A stretch of 64,000 nucleotides of DNA from Escherichia phage ECML-359. This document shows positions 1 through 9,013 of the stretch, in pieces. Position 1 is the first letter of the stretch. Every line of letters starts with the position of its first letter. Both the position numbers and the translations under genes were made by a program. The notes under the pieces were generated by a model. It did not search any database and was not told where the DNA came from. It saw only the letters and a list, made by a program, of their open reading frames with translations. The stretch lies in the sequence record OL631482.1; one strand, given 5' to 3'.

Positions 1-1
1 A

Positions 2-2236
2 TTATTCCTTATTGGCCGCTTCCACGGCCTTCATGATTTGAGCAACGTTCTGTACTTGTTCAGTTGACATGGCGTTACGGTTATATAAAAAGTGTGAAAC
101 AATCGGGTGATTCTTTTCAAATTCCAAAACCATTTTATCGCTTGTTACCGAAGCGTTTTTGGTCAGGTCGTCATAAATCTTATTACAAAGGACCAGAGTT
201 TCCTGCATGGTCTTATCAACCGTTCCACTGTTATATGCGTTATAAGCAAAGAACTTATTGAACTGCATTAATTCGGCATAGTCAGTATTCACATCTTTCT
301 GAACATCTTTTGCATAAAAATACTTGAACATAAAATTCAGTTCTGCATATTCAGACAGGATAGGAATATAATAACGCGAACGGCTTGAAGCGGCAATGTA
401 CTGGTCCGCATCAACCGCATCAATCAATTCCACATAACGATTGACTGCAGCTTCAATCAGACAATCACACTGCGCCAGCTTGGTAATCTTTTTCTGAAGC
501 TGTGGACGAATAACACAGAATTCATTGATTTCCAACAGGTTTGCCAGTTTACACAATGTCTGGGTCCCGAAGGTCGTGGTACCATAATCCTGATTCAACG
601 GTGAAATGCTACTGCGGTTAATGAATACAGCATAACCATCGATTTCCTCTGCATCAGCTGCACATGTAAATTCTTCAACAGACTGCCATTTGCCATTAGT
701 TTTAGTCCAACGAATCACCGATGGAGTCTTTGACTTAACACGCTCTTTCGGGTCCGCAACCGGAATCCAGTCTTTTACAAGGGCAGTCAGTTCAGACGTA
801 CGATAGATATTAACCGTATCGCCTTTAAATCGTTCCTGGAGTTGAACCATCAACCGTGTTTGAATTTCGCTGGTTGGGTCAACGAACAATAGACTACTAC
901 CTTGTACAGTCGGGACTTTACCAGATGCTTTGAGCTTTTTGGCTTTCGCGCTGGTGTCATACAGCATTGTACTGATGCCACGAATCATCGCAATTCGCCC
1001 TTTAGCATCGTCAATAACAATGTTCAAGGTATTATTCTGAATACCAAACATGCTCGTCAGACTTGCAGTATTCGTATTCGAGCTTGAGTTACGCAGACGT
1101 TTCAGGCGGGTCGTGCTATAGATATCATAGACAACCCCGGCATTAATAAGGTCTTTATCCAGCTCGAACATTTCGTACATCTGGTTAAAAGTCAATTGTG
1201 ATTTTGTAAATTTCGTTTCAGCATTACGAGCTTTCAGAAAATTACGAGCTTCATAACTCAGACTCTGCAATTCGCGATACGTGTGGCGGATACATTCTGA
1301 TTCCTGCCATTTCTTACAATCATCTTCCATGACCTTCTTATCAAGCGATTCAATACGTTCAACGATATTTGCTACCGTACGTTTGTCCAGTGATAATGCT
1401 TCGCGAGAAGGTGCAATATCCAACGAACCCATCGGGAACTTAATAAAGACAACATCATTTTTGGCGGTCATCCAGGTTTTCTTTGTATAACCGTCGGCAA
1501 TTGGATAAACAATTCCACCGTAAATTGCATAAAGACCATAACGTTCTGGGCTACTATAATCAATACGCGCTGGAGCATAATAATCATCAAATTCCGGGAA
1601 GTAATTAATTTCGTTCACGCCTTGTACTTCAGCCAGTCCAGCAAATGGGCGCATGATATATGCAATCTCGTGGCGGAACTTACCAAAATCATTACTATCA
1701 ACCGGGACAACAACTTCAATCCCTGTGCGGTCGCCAGGTTTCATTGGTTCGCTAAAGGTTGGCTTAATCTGTGGACCATCACCATCCATATAAGCGACAT
1801 AACCATTAACTTGACCATCATGATACGAAATCAGGCTAAACGTCTCTGTATAACTGAACGGAGATTTAGAACCCAGACCAAAGCCACCAATAAAATCATT
1901 GGATTCAGCCTTGGATGATGCAAAGAAACTGTTATACAGACCTGGGGTATTTTCATCACCACGAATCTGGAAATCACTCATACCCGGACCAAAGTCACGA
2001 CACACAAAACGTGGGTCCAGTTCACCAGGAGCCTGGACAATGAATTTATCCTGACAACCATTGAGCATATGAGCATCAATCATATTGGTAATCAGCTCAC
2101 GAACAACCGCACGCACCTTGTTTGTATAAAGGTCGCTGGTCAGAATCTTAAATACCTTTGGAGATGCCTGGATTGTGAATGCTGATGCCTTGGCACCATT
2201 ACCAAGGATTGTTTCCTTTTCAGTTTCTAAAATCAT
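2..2236 (-). CDS. rIIA: rIIA membrane-associated protein (744 aa), complete; stop codon at 2-4
   Basis: Long minus ORF; N-terminus MILETEKETILGNG and ATPase-like region resemble T4 rIIA; sits at map origin next to gp39. Confidence 0.85.
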   Translation of the reverse strand: MILETEKETILGNGAKASAFTIQASPKVFKILTSDLYTNKVRAVVRELITNMIDAHMLNGCQDKFIVQAPGELDPRFVCRDFGPGMSDFQIRGDENTPGLYNSFFASSKAESNDFIGGFGLGSKSPFSYTETFSLISYHDGQVNGYVAYMDGDGPQIKPTFSEPMKPGDRTGIEVVVPVDSNDFGKFRHEIAYIMRPFAGLAEVQGVNEINYFPEFDDYYAPARIDYSSPERYGLYAIYGGIVYPIADGYTKKTWMTAKNDVVFIKFPMGSLDIAPSREALSLDKRTVANIVERIESLDKKVMEDDCKKWQESECIRHTYRELQSLSYEARNFLKARNAETKFTKSQLTFNQMYEMFELDKDLINAGVVYDIYSTTRLKRLRNSSSNTNTASLTSMFGIQNNTLNIVIDDAKGRIAMIRGISTMLYDTSAKAKKLKASGKVPTVQGSSLLFVDPTSEIQTRLMVQLQERFKGDTVNIYRTSELTALVKDWIPVADPKERVKSKTPSVIRWTKTNGKWQSVEEFTCAADAEEIDGYAVFINRSSISPLNQDYGTTTFGTQTLCKLANLLEINEFCVIRPQLQKKITKLAQCDCLIEAAVNRYVELIDAVDADQYIAASSRSRYYIPILSEYAELNFMFKYFYAKDVQKDVNTDYAELMQFNKFFAYNAYNSGTVDKTMQETLVLCNKIYDDLTKNASVTSDKMVLEFEKNHPIVSHFLYNRNAMSTEQVQNVAQIMKAVEAANKE

Positions 2237-2243
2237 GTTTTTC

Positions 2244-2453
2244 TCACTTTATGTTACGTTTGATTAATTCTGCAACTTCAAGAAGTTCATCCTTTGTTGC
2301 GGTGTCTGAAGCTATTTTAATACGGATTTCTTTGAAGCGTTCTTTAAACTCTTCAGCTTCTCTTATATCAAAAAATCGTTGGATAACACGGTATTCTTTG
2401 TGGACAGCTTTATCAAACAGTTCCATATTAACTTTGAAGTTTGTCATTTCCAA
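2244..2453 (-). CDS. small hypothetical protein (rIIA.1 position)
   Basis: 69 aa minus ORF immediately upstream of rIIA; may start at internal Met near 2426. Confidence 0.4.
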   Translation of the reverse strand: MEMTNFKVNMELFDKAVHKEYRVIQRFFDIREAEEFKERFKEIRIKIASDTATKDELLEVAELIKRNIK

Positions 2454-2712
2454 TCTCCTGCAATATTTTTCTCATACTACGCATGGTAGCTTTATGTTCT
2501 TGGCCATGGTATATCAATGCAAGGAGTGCTTCAATTCGCTCCTCAGGAACCTTCTGGCCAGCCTTAATGCTCATGGCTGATGCTCTTACAGCCAACAAGT
2601 AACTTCGCTTCCTGTCGCTATCTGGGAGCTCCTGTACCTTCCTCAGACCTGCTTCCATAATACAACGTGCAACATTCTGCAGATTAACTAAACTTCCGTC
2701 AGACATAATCAT
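2428..2712 (-). CDS. hypothetical protein (94 aa)
   Basis: Minus ORF preceded by GAGGTG ribosome site and promoter-like TGTACA/TTAAGAT element. Confidence 0.4.
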   Translation of the reverse strand: MIMSDGSLVNLQNVARCIMEAGLRKVQELPDSDRKRSYLLAVRASAMSIKAGQKVPEERIEALLALIYHGQEHKATMRSMRKILQEIGNDKLQS

Positions 2713-2724
2713 ATGTTCACCTCA

Positions 2725-2760
2725 AGGATATCTTAACGCAATTTTTGTGGCTTGTACATA
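2725..2760 (-). promoter_or_regulatory. early promoter-like element (TGTACA -35-like, TTAAGAT -10-like)
   Basis: Same -35 word as the PeSL cassettes, directly downstream of the terminator at 2762-2790. Confidence 0.35.
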
Positions 2761-2761
2761 A

Positions 2762-2790
2762 TAAAAAAAAAGGACCCGAAGGTCCTTTTG
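2762..2790 (-). terminator. intrinsic terminator hairpin GGACC-cgaa-GGTCC with 9-nt T run on minus strand
   Basis: Perfect GC stem flanked by A9 (plus) and T4; read directly. Confidence 0.7.
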
Positions 2791-2791
2791 G

Positions 2792-2944
2792 CTACTCAAC
2801 TTTATAGACTTGCCCATATGCGGTATAGTATTCGCCATCCCAAGTCTCGCACATAATGGTGACAAAGGATGCAAACAGAGGTTTAGTATCGGCCCACAGA
2901 TAACCGTATTCGCCATTTGACAACGTAACCCACCACTTTTTCAT
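2792..2944 (-). CDS. small ORF (50 aa, MKKWWVTLSNGEYGYLWADTK...)
   Basis: ATG preceded by AGGAGAAG, ends just before the terminator, late promoter TATAAATA upstream; not in ORF track (<60 aa). Confidence 0.4.
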   Translation of the reverse strand: MKKWWVTLSNGEYGYLWADTKPLFASFVTIMCETWDGEYYTAYGQVYKVE

Positions 2945-2983
2945 GGACTTCTCCTATAAGACGGGAGAATATTCTCCCACATC

Positions 2984-2991
2984 TATTTATA
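2984..2991 (-). promoter_or_regulatory. T4-type late promoter TATAAATA (minus strand), followed by inverted repeat GGGAGAATATTCTCCC
   Basis: Exact octamer on minus strand overlapping the gp39 stop, upstream of small ORF 2792-2944. Confidence 0.5.
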
Positions 2992-4819
2992 GTGTCGCAT
3001 TCATCCAATCTTTACGCTGCTGGGAATCTTTACCGAAGAGCATTTCGAACAGTTCTTTCCAGTTGTCGGGCAATTGAACAACTTCGAATACAGGTTCGAG
3101 CAATACGCGTTTGTACTCAGCATCTTCCAGAGAACCAAGTCCCTTTATATATCTGATAGTATGCTTCGGAAGTTTATCCTTAGCTTCTTCATAATCAGGA
3201 AGAGAATAAAACCATTCTTGTTTATCTTTGAGCTGCGCAATAATAACAGGAGTTTTCACAAAGCGAATTCGTCCTTCATGGAACAGCTCTGGCCAGTTAC
3301 TGAAAAACGCCAATAACGATGGATAGATACTACCGACACCATCCACATCCGCATCTGTCATGATAGCAATGTTTCGGTAATTCATATTCTCGGCCGGTTG
3401 TCCAATCGTTAACCCAGTAATTGCACACACATCAAAGGCTTCGGCGTTCTTCATAACATCAACAGCTTTCAGGCCCCATGTGTTTTTAAACTTACCACGT
3501 AACGGATAAGCACCTTGCAATTCACGGTCGCGAACCTTGATAAATGGCCCGGTTGCAGAATCACCTTCGGTCAGGAACAGAGTCGTTTCCAGCTTATCAT
3601 TGCCCCATTCGTTGGCCTTGATATGCTTTTGCACCTTGGCCTTTGAAGCTTTCTTATTCGCCTTGGTCTCTGCTGCTTTCTCTGCAGCCAATTTACGGGC
3701 TAATGCAGCTTCAACAATCGGCATAATCAGCGGTTCATTTTTCAGAATAGCTTGCGCGATTTTCTTGGCATCAATCTTAATGTGATTTCGAATTTCACCA
3801 GCCGGAGAAGTCAATCGCTCCTTAGTCTGGGAATCAAATCGCATGTTGCTCATATCGCGAATGAACATAAGCATGGTGAGGCATTCCTTAACTCGTGCCT
3901 TTGTCACCTCAATGCCTTTATATTTGCGTTTAATGGCTGGCTGAAGATGTTCACAGATATCATCCATAACACATTCAACGTGGTGTCCACCATTCTTTGT
4001 ATGAATGTTGTTGACATAAGTCAACTGGCGGAAACCATCCGGGCTAGTCGTAAAGGCCATCGATACTGTATCAGTTTCCTGGATAACAACTTCGGTTCCG
4101 AATTGCTTGGCGAACTTCTTGAAATTGCCATCAACCTTTTTACCATTAAAGGTAAACTGAATATCTGGATAAACAACCGCAAGAGTCTGCAGACGGTCCA
4201 ATGTAATATCCAGATAAATCCGGGACAGGCTATTTTCTTCAAAGTGACTGAAGTCCGGAACAAAAATAACAGTTGTACCTTTACCCTTAGATTTCTTGGT
4301 AGACCAACCTTTGTTTTCCATACCATTGGAGCAGTTAACGGTGATTTCATTTGCGCCGTCGGCGGTAATCCCGGTGAACAATACAGAGAAAATATTGGTC
4401 AGAGAAGACCCGACGCCATTCATCCCACCAGTTTTACGTTCAGCATCATCACCGAAGTTACCACCTGCTTTTGGAATAGTCCATGCTGCAACCGGGCCAG
4501 GGATTTGTTCACCGTTTTGGTCTGTAACCATTGCTTGTGGAATACCACGGCCATTATCGGAAACCGAAATCTGATTATCTTTAATTTGGACATCAATTTT
4601 ATTGGCAAATTTAAAACTGGTGCGAATTGCTTCATCAACAGAGTTATCGATAATTTCATCAATCAGTTTTACAATACCAGGAACATAGCTTACGGACTTA
4701 TATTCACCAAACAAGAATCGCTCATGCGCTTCATTTGAACTGGAACCAATATACATCCCGGAACGTTTTTTGATATGCTCGACGTCCGAGAGTACTTTAA
4801 TTTCATTATTAATCATCAT
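2987..4819 (-). CDS. 39: DNA topoisomerase II large subunit (gp39 with gp60-equivalent region fused, 610 aa)
   Basis: GyrB-like ATPase/TOPRIM motifs (GMYIGSS, DNGRGIP); single uninterrupted ORF. Confidence 0.9.
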   Translation of the reverse strand: MMINNEIKVLSDVEHIKKRSGMYIGSSSNEAHERFLFGEYKSVSYVPGIVKLIDEIIDNSVDEAIRTSFKFANKIDVQIKDNQISVSDNGRGIPQAMVTDQNGEQIPGPVAAWTIPKAGGNFGDDAERKTGGMNGVGSSLTNIFSVLFTGITADGANEITVNCSNGMENKGWSTKKSKGKGTTVIFVPDFSHFEENSLSRIYLDITLDRLQTLAVVYPDIQFTFNGKKVDGNFKKFAKQFGTEVVIQETDTVSMAFTTSPDGFRQLTYVNNIHTKNGGHHVECVMDDICEHLQPAIKRKYKGIEVTKARVKECLTMLMFIRDMSNMRFDSQTKERLTSPAGEIRNHIKIDAKKIAQAILKNEPLIMPIVEAALARKLAAEKAAETKANKKASKAKVQKHIKANEWGNDKLETTLFLTEGDSATGPFIKVRDRELQGAYPLRGKFKNTWGLKAVDVMKNAEAFDVCAITGLTIGQPAENMNYRNIAIMTDADVDGVGSIYPSLLAFFSNWPELFHEGRIRFVKTPVIIAQLKDKQEWFYSLPDYEEAKDKLPKHTIRYIKGLGSLEDAEYKRVLLEPVFEVVQLPDNWKELFEMLFGKDSQQRKDWMNATL

Positions 4820-4841
4820 CTTTCCTCTTGTGTATGGAGGT

Positions 4842-4867
4842 ATTATAAGTCACATATTTTAAAGCAA
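4842..4867 (-). promoter_or_regulatory. MotA-box middle promoter (tTGCTTTA, 12 nt, TATAAT) upstream of gene 39
   Basis: Minus-strand reading TTTTTGCTTTAaaatatgtgactTATAAT; box overlaps terminator T tract. Confidence 0.5.
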
Positions 4868-4886
4868 AAAGGCCCGAAGGCCTTTT
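4866..4886 (-). terminator. hairpin GGCC-cgaa-GGCC with flanking A/T runs
   Basis: Perfect stem between gene 39 start and upstream gene stop. Confidence 0.55.
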
Positions 4887-5286
4887 ATTTGAATCGAAGC
4901 TGCTCTAACATTTTAATAGCTTGTAGGCGCCCGGCTTCAGTTTTAACCGTAATAATAACATCGCCACCGGTAACAACGATATCCTCTTTTGATTCCTGTT
5001 CGGTTATTTCAGAATCACATTCCTTTGGGGTTTCTTCAAAATATTTAAATTCATCACCAAAAATAAGACCGGTTCCATTACGACTATGGAAAGAAAATCC
5101 AGTTCCATCGATAGTACTAAATTCCGTCACAACATTTGCTTCCATCTTGGTGACTGAAAACTCTTTGGTAGTAATCAAATCAATGATAGAGGTTCCTTGC
5201 TGGTTCAAAATGCAACCGGGCATACCGACATGTTTAAGGAAGCCATCTAAATCTTTAATGCAATAACTCTTTCCAATTTTAAACAT
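4885..5286 (-). CDS. hypothetical protein (about 133 aa from MFKIGKSYC...)
   Basis: ORF-track ORF 4885-5463; start moved to internal ATG with GAGGA site just after the lipoprotein stop. Confidence 0.45.
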   Translation of the reverse strand: MFKIGKSYCIKDLDGFLKHVGMPGCILNQQGTSIIDLITTKEFSVTKMEANVVTEFSTIDGTGFSFHSRNGTGLIFGDEFKYFEETPKECDSEITEQESKEDIVVTGGDVIITVKTEAGRLQAIKMLEQLRFK

Positions 5287-5293
5287 AATATCC

Positions 5294-5554
5294 TCATTCA
5301 AATCGGATGGTTGAATTCTTGAACAACAAACCAGAACAAACAGTTCCTTCAACTTTCTTACCAGTTGGACCCACGGCCGTAAAGCCTGTGTGTTGGAAAT
5401 CATCTTTACCACAAGAGAACCAATTATATCCGGTGATTTGGATTTGCTCATAGCCGTTTGCATCTAATACACGAATGGCGTTATCTGCATCAGTACAACC
5501 AGCTAATGAAACCGCCAGCACCAGCGCTGCAATAGAACGATTAATGTATTTCAT
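5294..5554 (-). CDS. putative lipoprotein (86 aa)
   Basis: N-terminal signal peptide with lipobox LAGC (MKYINRSIAALVLAVSLAGC). Confidence 0.55.
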   Translation of the reverse strand: MKYINRSIAALVLAVSLAGCTDADNAIRVLDANGYEQIQITGYNWFSCGKDDFQHTGFTAVGPTGKKVEGTVCSGLLFKNSTIRFE

Positions 5555-5560
5555 AATTTC

Positions 5561-5737
5561 TCACTTAGTCAGCAGGTCGTAAAAACCGCCATTAACATGT
5601 TTAGGGGCCGAGACTAACCGAACAGCCAGCCGATGGCAATCAGGACAAACATCATTATCTCTTTCAGAGATTTTCTTGATTTTTTCGTATTCTTTCGCGC
5701 AGTCATTGGATTGACATTTGTAATCATAAAGTGGCAT
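5561..5737 (-). CDS. small zinc-ribbon protein (58 aa, CxxxxC...CxxC)
   Basis: Translation MPLYDYKCQSNDCAKEYE...CPDCHR; AAGGAA ribosome site; fits exactly between flanking genes. Confidence 0.5.
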   Translation of the reverse strand: MPLYDYKCQSNDCAKEYEKIKKISERDNDVCPDCHRLAVRLVSAPKHVNGGFYDLLTK

Positions 5738-5738
5738 G

Positions 5739-6110
5739 TTATTCCTTAAAGTGTGCTTTCAACATCTGGTAAACGGTCCAGGCTTCGGAGTTATTAGAGA
5801 TGGTGATTTTAGTCAAAGGGAATTCGCTTGGCTCAGATGGAGCTGCGTCTTCGCATTCATCTTCAGTATCGTCATCTTTTTCTTCTTCAAAGAAACGGAA
5901 TTCGTCTTCCTTTATGAATAGGCTCACAAATTCACCAGTTGATAATTCCATTTTATACACATCACCATCTTCAATTCTGACTGGTCTAAATCCCTCGCCA
6001 TTGATTATAGCATTGGCTATATTATCATTATCTGTGCATAACAAACGGAATCTGCTTTCAGCAACATTATCTTTAAAATAATACCACTTATCAGTTTCAA
6101 ATTTAGACAT
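5739..6110 (-). CDS. acidic hypothetical protein (about 123 aa from MSKFETDKW...)
   Basis: ORF 5739-6233 trimmed to ATG with AAGGAG site; overlaps upstream stop by 8 nt. Confidence 0.45.
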   Translation of the reverse strand: MSKFETDKWYYFKDNVAESRFRLLCTDNDNIANAIINGEGFRPVRIEDGDVYKMELSTGEFVSLFIKEDEFRFFEEEKDDDTEDECEDAAPSEPSEFPLTKITISNNSEAWTVYQMLKAHFKE

Positions 6111-6327
6111 TATAAATCTCCTTCCAAAAATCTGTACCATCTTCTGATTCTTCGCGGAACAGCGCATAGCTAGGTAATTCTGCGTCTTTGTCTGCATACA
6201 CATAAATGATATCAGTGGTGCAAAGAAATTCATTGATGTTTTTCTTCACAATCACTTTATCACTTTCAGCAGTGTCCCAAAACTCTTCAGCGGTCAGGGA
6301 AGTGGTTACACAATCTTCATTAAACAT
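6103..6327 (-). CDS. hypothetical protein (about 74 aa)
   Basis: Minus ORF with GAGGAG site before internal ATG (MFNEDCVTT...). Confidence 0.4.
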   Translation of the reverse strand: MFNEDCVTTSLTAEEFWDTAESDKVIVKKNINEFLCTTDIIYVYADKDAELPSYALFREESEDGTDFWKEIYNV

Positions 6328-6372
6328 AATATTCTCCTCATTGATAGGGCAAAACCCTATCATTTTTATAAT

Positions 6373-6864
6373 TTAGGCAAAATGAATATCGGCATACTCA
6401 ACGATAAAGCTCTCAGGAACAACCTTAAAGGTTCCAAGGAACACGATATTATACAGTTTGACACCTTCTTCAACCCACTGGTCTGTGATGTAACCAGACA
6501 TGCTAGTGGTTTCATAAGTCGGACCATACTGACAATTATATTCAAACGGTTTAGGTGAAACAAAAAAGACACCTTTGCCCAATTTCCATTTAAAATCAAC
6601 CCCAACATGAGACTGGTCAATAGTTTCAACTTCTTCGGCCACAGGAGCGATGTACCCAGTAAATTCGGTTGATTCCAGGAATTTAGGATGCACATAAGCC
6701 AATTGAGTTTCAGTCTGACCATTTTTAGGAATGATGCGCACTTTAACTTCTTTAATTCCACCTGCTAAATTAGTGCGAAGACCCACAACCTCAACAAAAC
6801 GACCAGCAGCTTTGGAACGAGATTCTTTAGAAACACGTACAATATCACCAGCTTCAACTTTCAT
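6373..6864 (-). CDS. hypothetical protein (163 aa), motB-region paralog family
   Basis: C-terminal ...ITDQWVEEGVKLYNIVFLGTFKVVPESFIV resembles both halves of 6942-7697; PeSL promoter upstream. Confidence 0.5.
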   Translation of the reverse strand: MKVEAGDIVRVSKESRSKAAGRFVEVVGLRTNLAGGIKEVKVRIIPKNGQTETQLAYVHPKFLESTEFTGYIAPVAEEVETIDQSHVGVDFKWKLGKGVFFVSPKPFEYNCQYGPTYETTSMSGYITDQWVEEGVKLYNIVFLGTFKVVPESFIVEYADIHFA

Positions 6865-6937
6865 AATTTTCTCTCTTGGTTAATAAGTTTATTCTCCAGT
6901 GGGGTCATTATACTCCGACCCCAAGAGTTTGTACACT
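6865..6937 (-). promoter_or_regulatory. PeSL-like early promoter cassette (GTGTACA -35, TATAAT -10 inside GGGGTC/GACCCC inverted repeat, conserved leader)
   Basis: Member of repeated about 60-70 bp cassette family; read directly. Confidence 0.6.
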
Positions 6938-6941
6938 AAAC

Positions 6942-7697
6942 TTAATTAAAAATTTGAACAACCATGGAACGTGGGACAACAGTAAATTCACCAGCATGGA
7001 CGACGTTCAGGAGTTCAACCCCATCTTCAATCCACTGGTCTGTTACCCAACCACAAATGGAACTGTTAAATGGGCGTTTGATTTGAACTGGTTTACATAA
7101 CAAGTCAATAGGGTCACCCAGTTCGCTAACTTCTTCCAGCAGTACAGATTCACGCGGATAAAGGATAGCTTCAAGATTGTCACCTGATTCATTGACCGCA
7201 GTAAATTCAAAGATGCTTTGGTGATTGTGGTACTTAACTGTTTTAACGGTAAATGGAGCAAATCCAAAAATACCTTTCAGTACCCGCCACCCGGCATGCA
7301 TTGCAACAGTCTTTCCAAACTGACTGGCATCTTCAATAAGCTGATAGGTTTTACCAACTTTGATGGGAGTTTCTTCAACTTCTTTGAAGAGTTCAATCTC
7401 AGCTTCATAAACCATAATTTTTTCTACTTCATTTGTATCAAGGCGACGTGCATGCAAAATATATGCTTTATCAAACCAGTTACTTTTTACAAAAGTTTCA
7501 ACAATAAATTCACCTTCGCCTAAAGCATCAGTCAGAGTATTATACCCAGAAACCATAGCTGCGTTTTGAATAATAGGTTCAATCAGTTGATAAGTTTTGT
7601 TAATTTCAATAGTCATATTTTGTTTCTCAAGTTTTAATGGTTTAATTGGGCGAACATACATGCTTACAACATCAAAGTCAATAAATTCTGGTTTCAT
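6942..7697 (-). CDS. hypothetical protein (251 aa) with internally duplicated domain
   Basis: Two similar segments, each ending like the C-terminus of 6373-6864. Confidence 0.5.
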   Translation of the reverse strand: MKPEFIDFDVVSMYVRPIKPLKLEKQNMTIEINKTYQLIEPIIQNAAMVSGYNTLTDALGEGEFIVETFVKSNWFDKAYILHARRLDTNEVEKIMVYEAEIELFKEVEETPIKVGKTYQLIEDASQFGKTVAMHAGWRVLKGIFGFAPFTVKTVKYHNHQSIFEFTAVNESGDNLEAILYPRESVLLEEVSELGDPIDLLCKPVQIKRPFNSSICGWVTDQWIEDGVELLNVVHAGEFTVVPRSMVVQIFN

Positions 7698-7954
7698 TAT
7701 GTAACCTTATTGAACATCGCCAGTTGGTTAGGTTGTACAACCATAATTTCACGACGGCCTTTTGCGTTTGACACGTTCAAGTAGATGCCTTTGTTCATGT
7801 CTGTTTCTTTATCATATACCGCAATTTTATTGACAGTAAAGATTTTACCACGAATATTTGTAAATGCACATTCAAACGCTTCAGTCAGACCTGCTTCAGC
7901 AGCTTGAAGAGCAGACATTTCATATTGTTGGCCAATTTCAAAAGAAGTAATCAT
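7697..7954 (-). CDS. hypothetical protein (about 85 aa from MITSFEIGQQ...)
   Basis: ORF-track N-terminal extension ...SSTTDEDNK is translation of the PeSL leader; start moved to ATG after the conserved leader. Confidence 0.45.
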   Translation of the reverse strand: MITSFEIGQQYEMSALQAAEAGLTEAFECAFTNIRGKIFTVNKIAVYDKETDMNKGIYLNVSNAKGRREIMVVQPNQLAMFNKVT

Positions 7955-8016
7955 TTTGTTATCCTCATCAGTAGTTGATGAGATGATTATGTCTCTTTCC
8001 ATTGGCCTTGTACACT
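7955..8016 (-). promoter_or_regulatory. PeSL-like early promoter cassette
   Basis: GTGTACA ... TAATCAT ... ATCAACTACTGATGAGGATAA leader. Confidence 0.55.
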
Positions 8017-8021
8017 ACTTT

Positions 8022-8705
8022 TTATCGTTTTTTCGGTAAAGATAACGGGTCTGCATCTTCTTCGGAAGGAACTTCATCCAAACCAAGAGCATAGCGCTGG
8101 GCATACTTAAGCATCAAAATATCTTTCGCGCAGTCATGCACCGAATCATGCGCCACAAATCCATCTAAAGTCCCCTTTGGTAATGGAGTTTCACACATCT
8201 TACGGACGAGTGATAGGGCTTCGATTGCTGTCCTGATATCTCGCTGGTTCCAGAATACAACCGGCTCCAGGCCATAGGTATTCAATTCACGCTCGGGAAT
8301 ACCCTCATTGCGCTGTAGGTCACGGATAAGGTCAACAAACAACGGGAAGTCAAAAGACATTCCACGACACCACATAAGGCTTTCGTATTTGTTAATTCCA
8401 TTACCATTCAGATAATCAATTGCCTGTTGGATACCGGTCAGAGTATCAACATCTTGCGCAGAAGGAGCCAAGTTAACACGGGCTTCTGCTGATTGCTTTT
8501 TCCACCAACCCATGGTTGTTGTATCGAACAGACGCTTACCTTTTTGGTATTCAAGGCTAAACTTGATACGTTTGCCGCGATTAACCAGGGTTTCGAATGA
8601 TTCCACAATAGCAGGGTCAGATTCGAATGTAATCAGAGCCAGGTCAATAACGGCTCCCTTCGAGCCGTTTCCCAGAGTTTCAAAGTCAATAATAGCATCA
8701 ATCAT
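8022..8705 (-). CDS. dexA: exonuclease A (227 aa)
   Basis: Size and position match T4 DexA; DEDD-type exonuclease-like N-terminus (IIDFETLG). Confidence 0.75.
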   Translation of the reverse strand: MIDAIIDFETLGNGSKGAVIDLALITFESDPAIVESFETLVNRGKRIKFSLEYQKGKRLFDTTTMGWWKKQSAEARVNLAPSAQDVDTLTGIQQAIDYLNGNGINKYESLMWCRGMSFDFPLFVDLIRDLQRNEGIPERELNTYGLEPVVFWNQRDIRTAIEALSLVRKMCETPLPKGTLDGFVAHDSVHDCAKDILMLKYAQRYALGLDEVPSEEDADPLSLPKKR

Positions 8706-8782
8706 CGCACATCTCTTTTAATTTTTGAATTTCACCAGCAACCATCGCACATCTCTTTTAATTTCTGAATTTCACCAGCAAC
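8703..8782. repeat. perfect-but-one 40-bp tandem duplication (2 copies) spanning the dexA start codon and upstream gene 3' end
   Basis: catcgcacatctcttttaattt[t/c]tgaatttcaccagcaac repeated head to tail. Confidence 0.85.
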
Positions 8783-9013
8783 ATAGTCGGAGATAAAAAT
8801 CCCTGGCTCTTCATTGTTAAAATATTCAATCGCGGCCATACGTTTCCGAATAAGATTCAGTTCCAGCAAAACGTAATTACCCTGCACGACGATAGTCGGA
8901 TTATCTTCGAAAAATTCAACCGCGTCCTGAATACCATAGATAAGATTATCTAAATCTTCTTTATGTACTTTATACATAATATGCGTCGTACCTCGCTCGT
9001 GTGATTCCAACAT
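8732..9013 (-). CDS. hypothetical protein (probable start at internal Met near 8977)
   Basis: Minus ORF between dda and dexA; C-terminus encoded by the tandem duplication. Confidence 0.4.
   Translation of the reverse strand: MLESHERGTTHIMYKVHKEDLDNLIYGIQDAVEFFEDNPTIVVQGNYVLLELNLIRKRMAAIEYFNNEEPGIFISDYVAGEIQKLKEMCDGCW

Noticed and set aside
2722-2916. ORF-track ORF of 64 aa on the minus strand
   Set aside because: It reads straight through the GGACC/GGTCC terminator hairpin; a different-frame 50-aa ORF (2792-2944) with a ribosome site that stops just before the hairpin is more plausible.
2429-2986. Separate gene 60 with translational bypass element
   Set aside because: Topoisomerase gp39 is a single 610-aa ORF including the gp60-equivalent region, so no split gene or bypass is expected; nothing resembling a take-off/landing hairpin was seen.
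3752-4738. 328-aa plus-strand ORF
   Set aside because: Lies entirely antisense to the well-supported topoisomerase gene 39; no ribosome site; typical antisense ORF.
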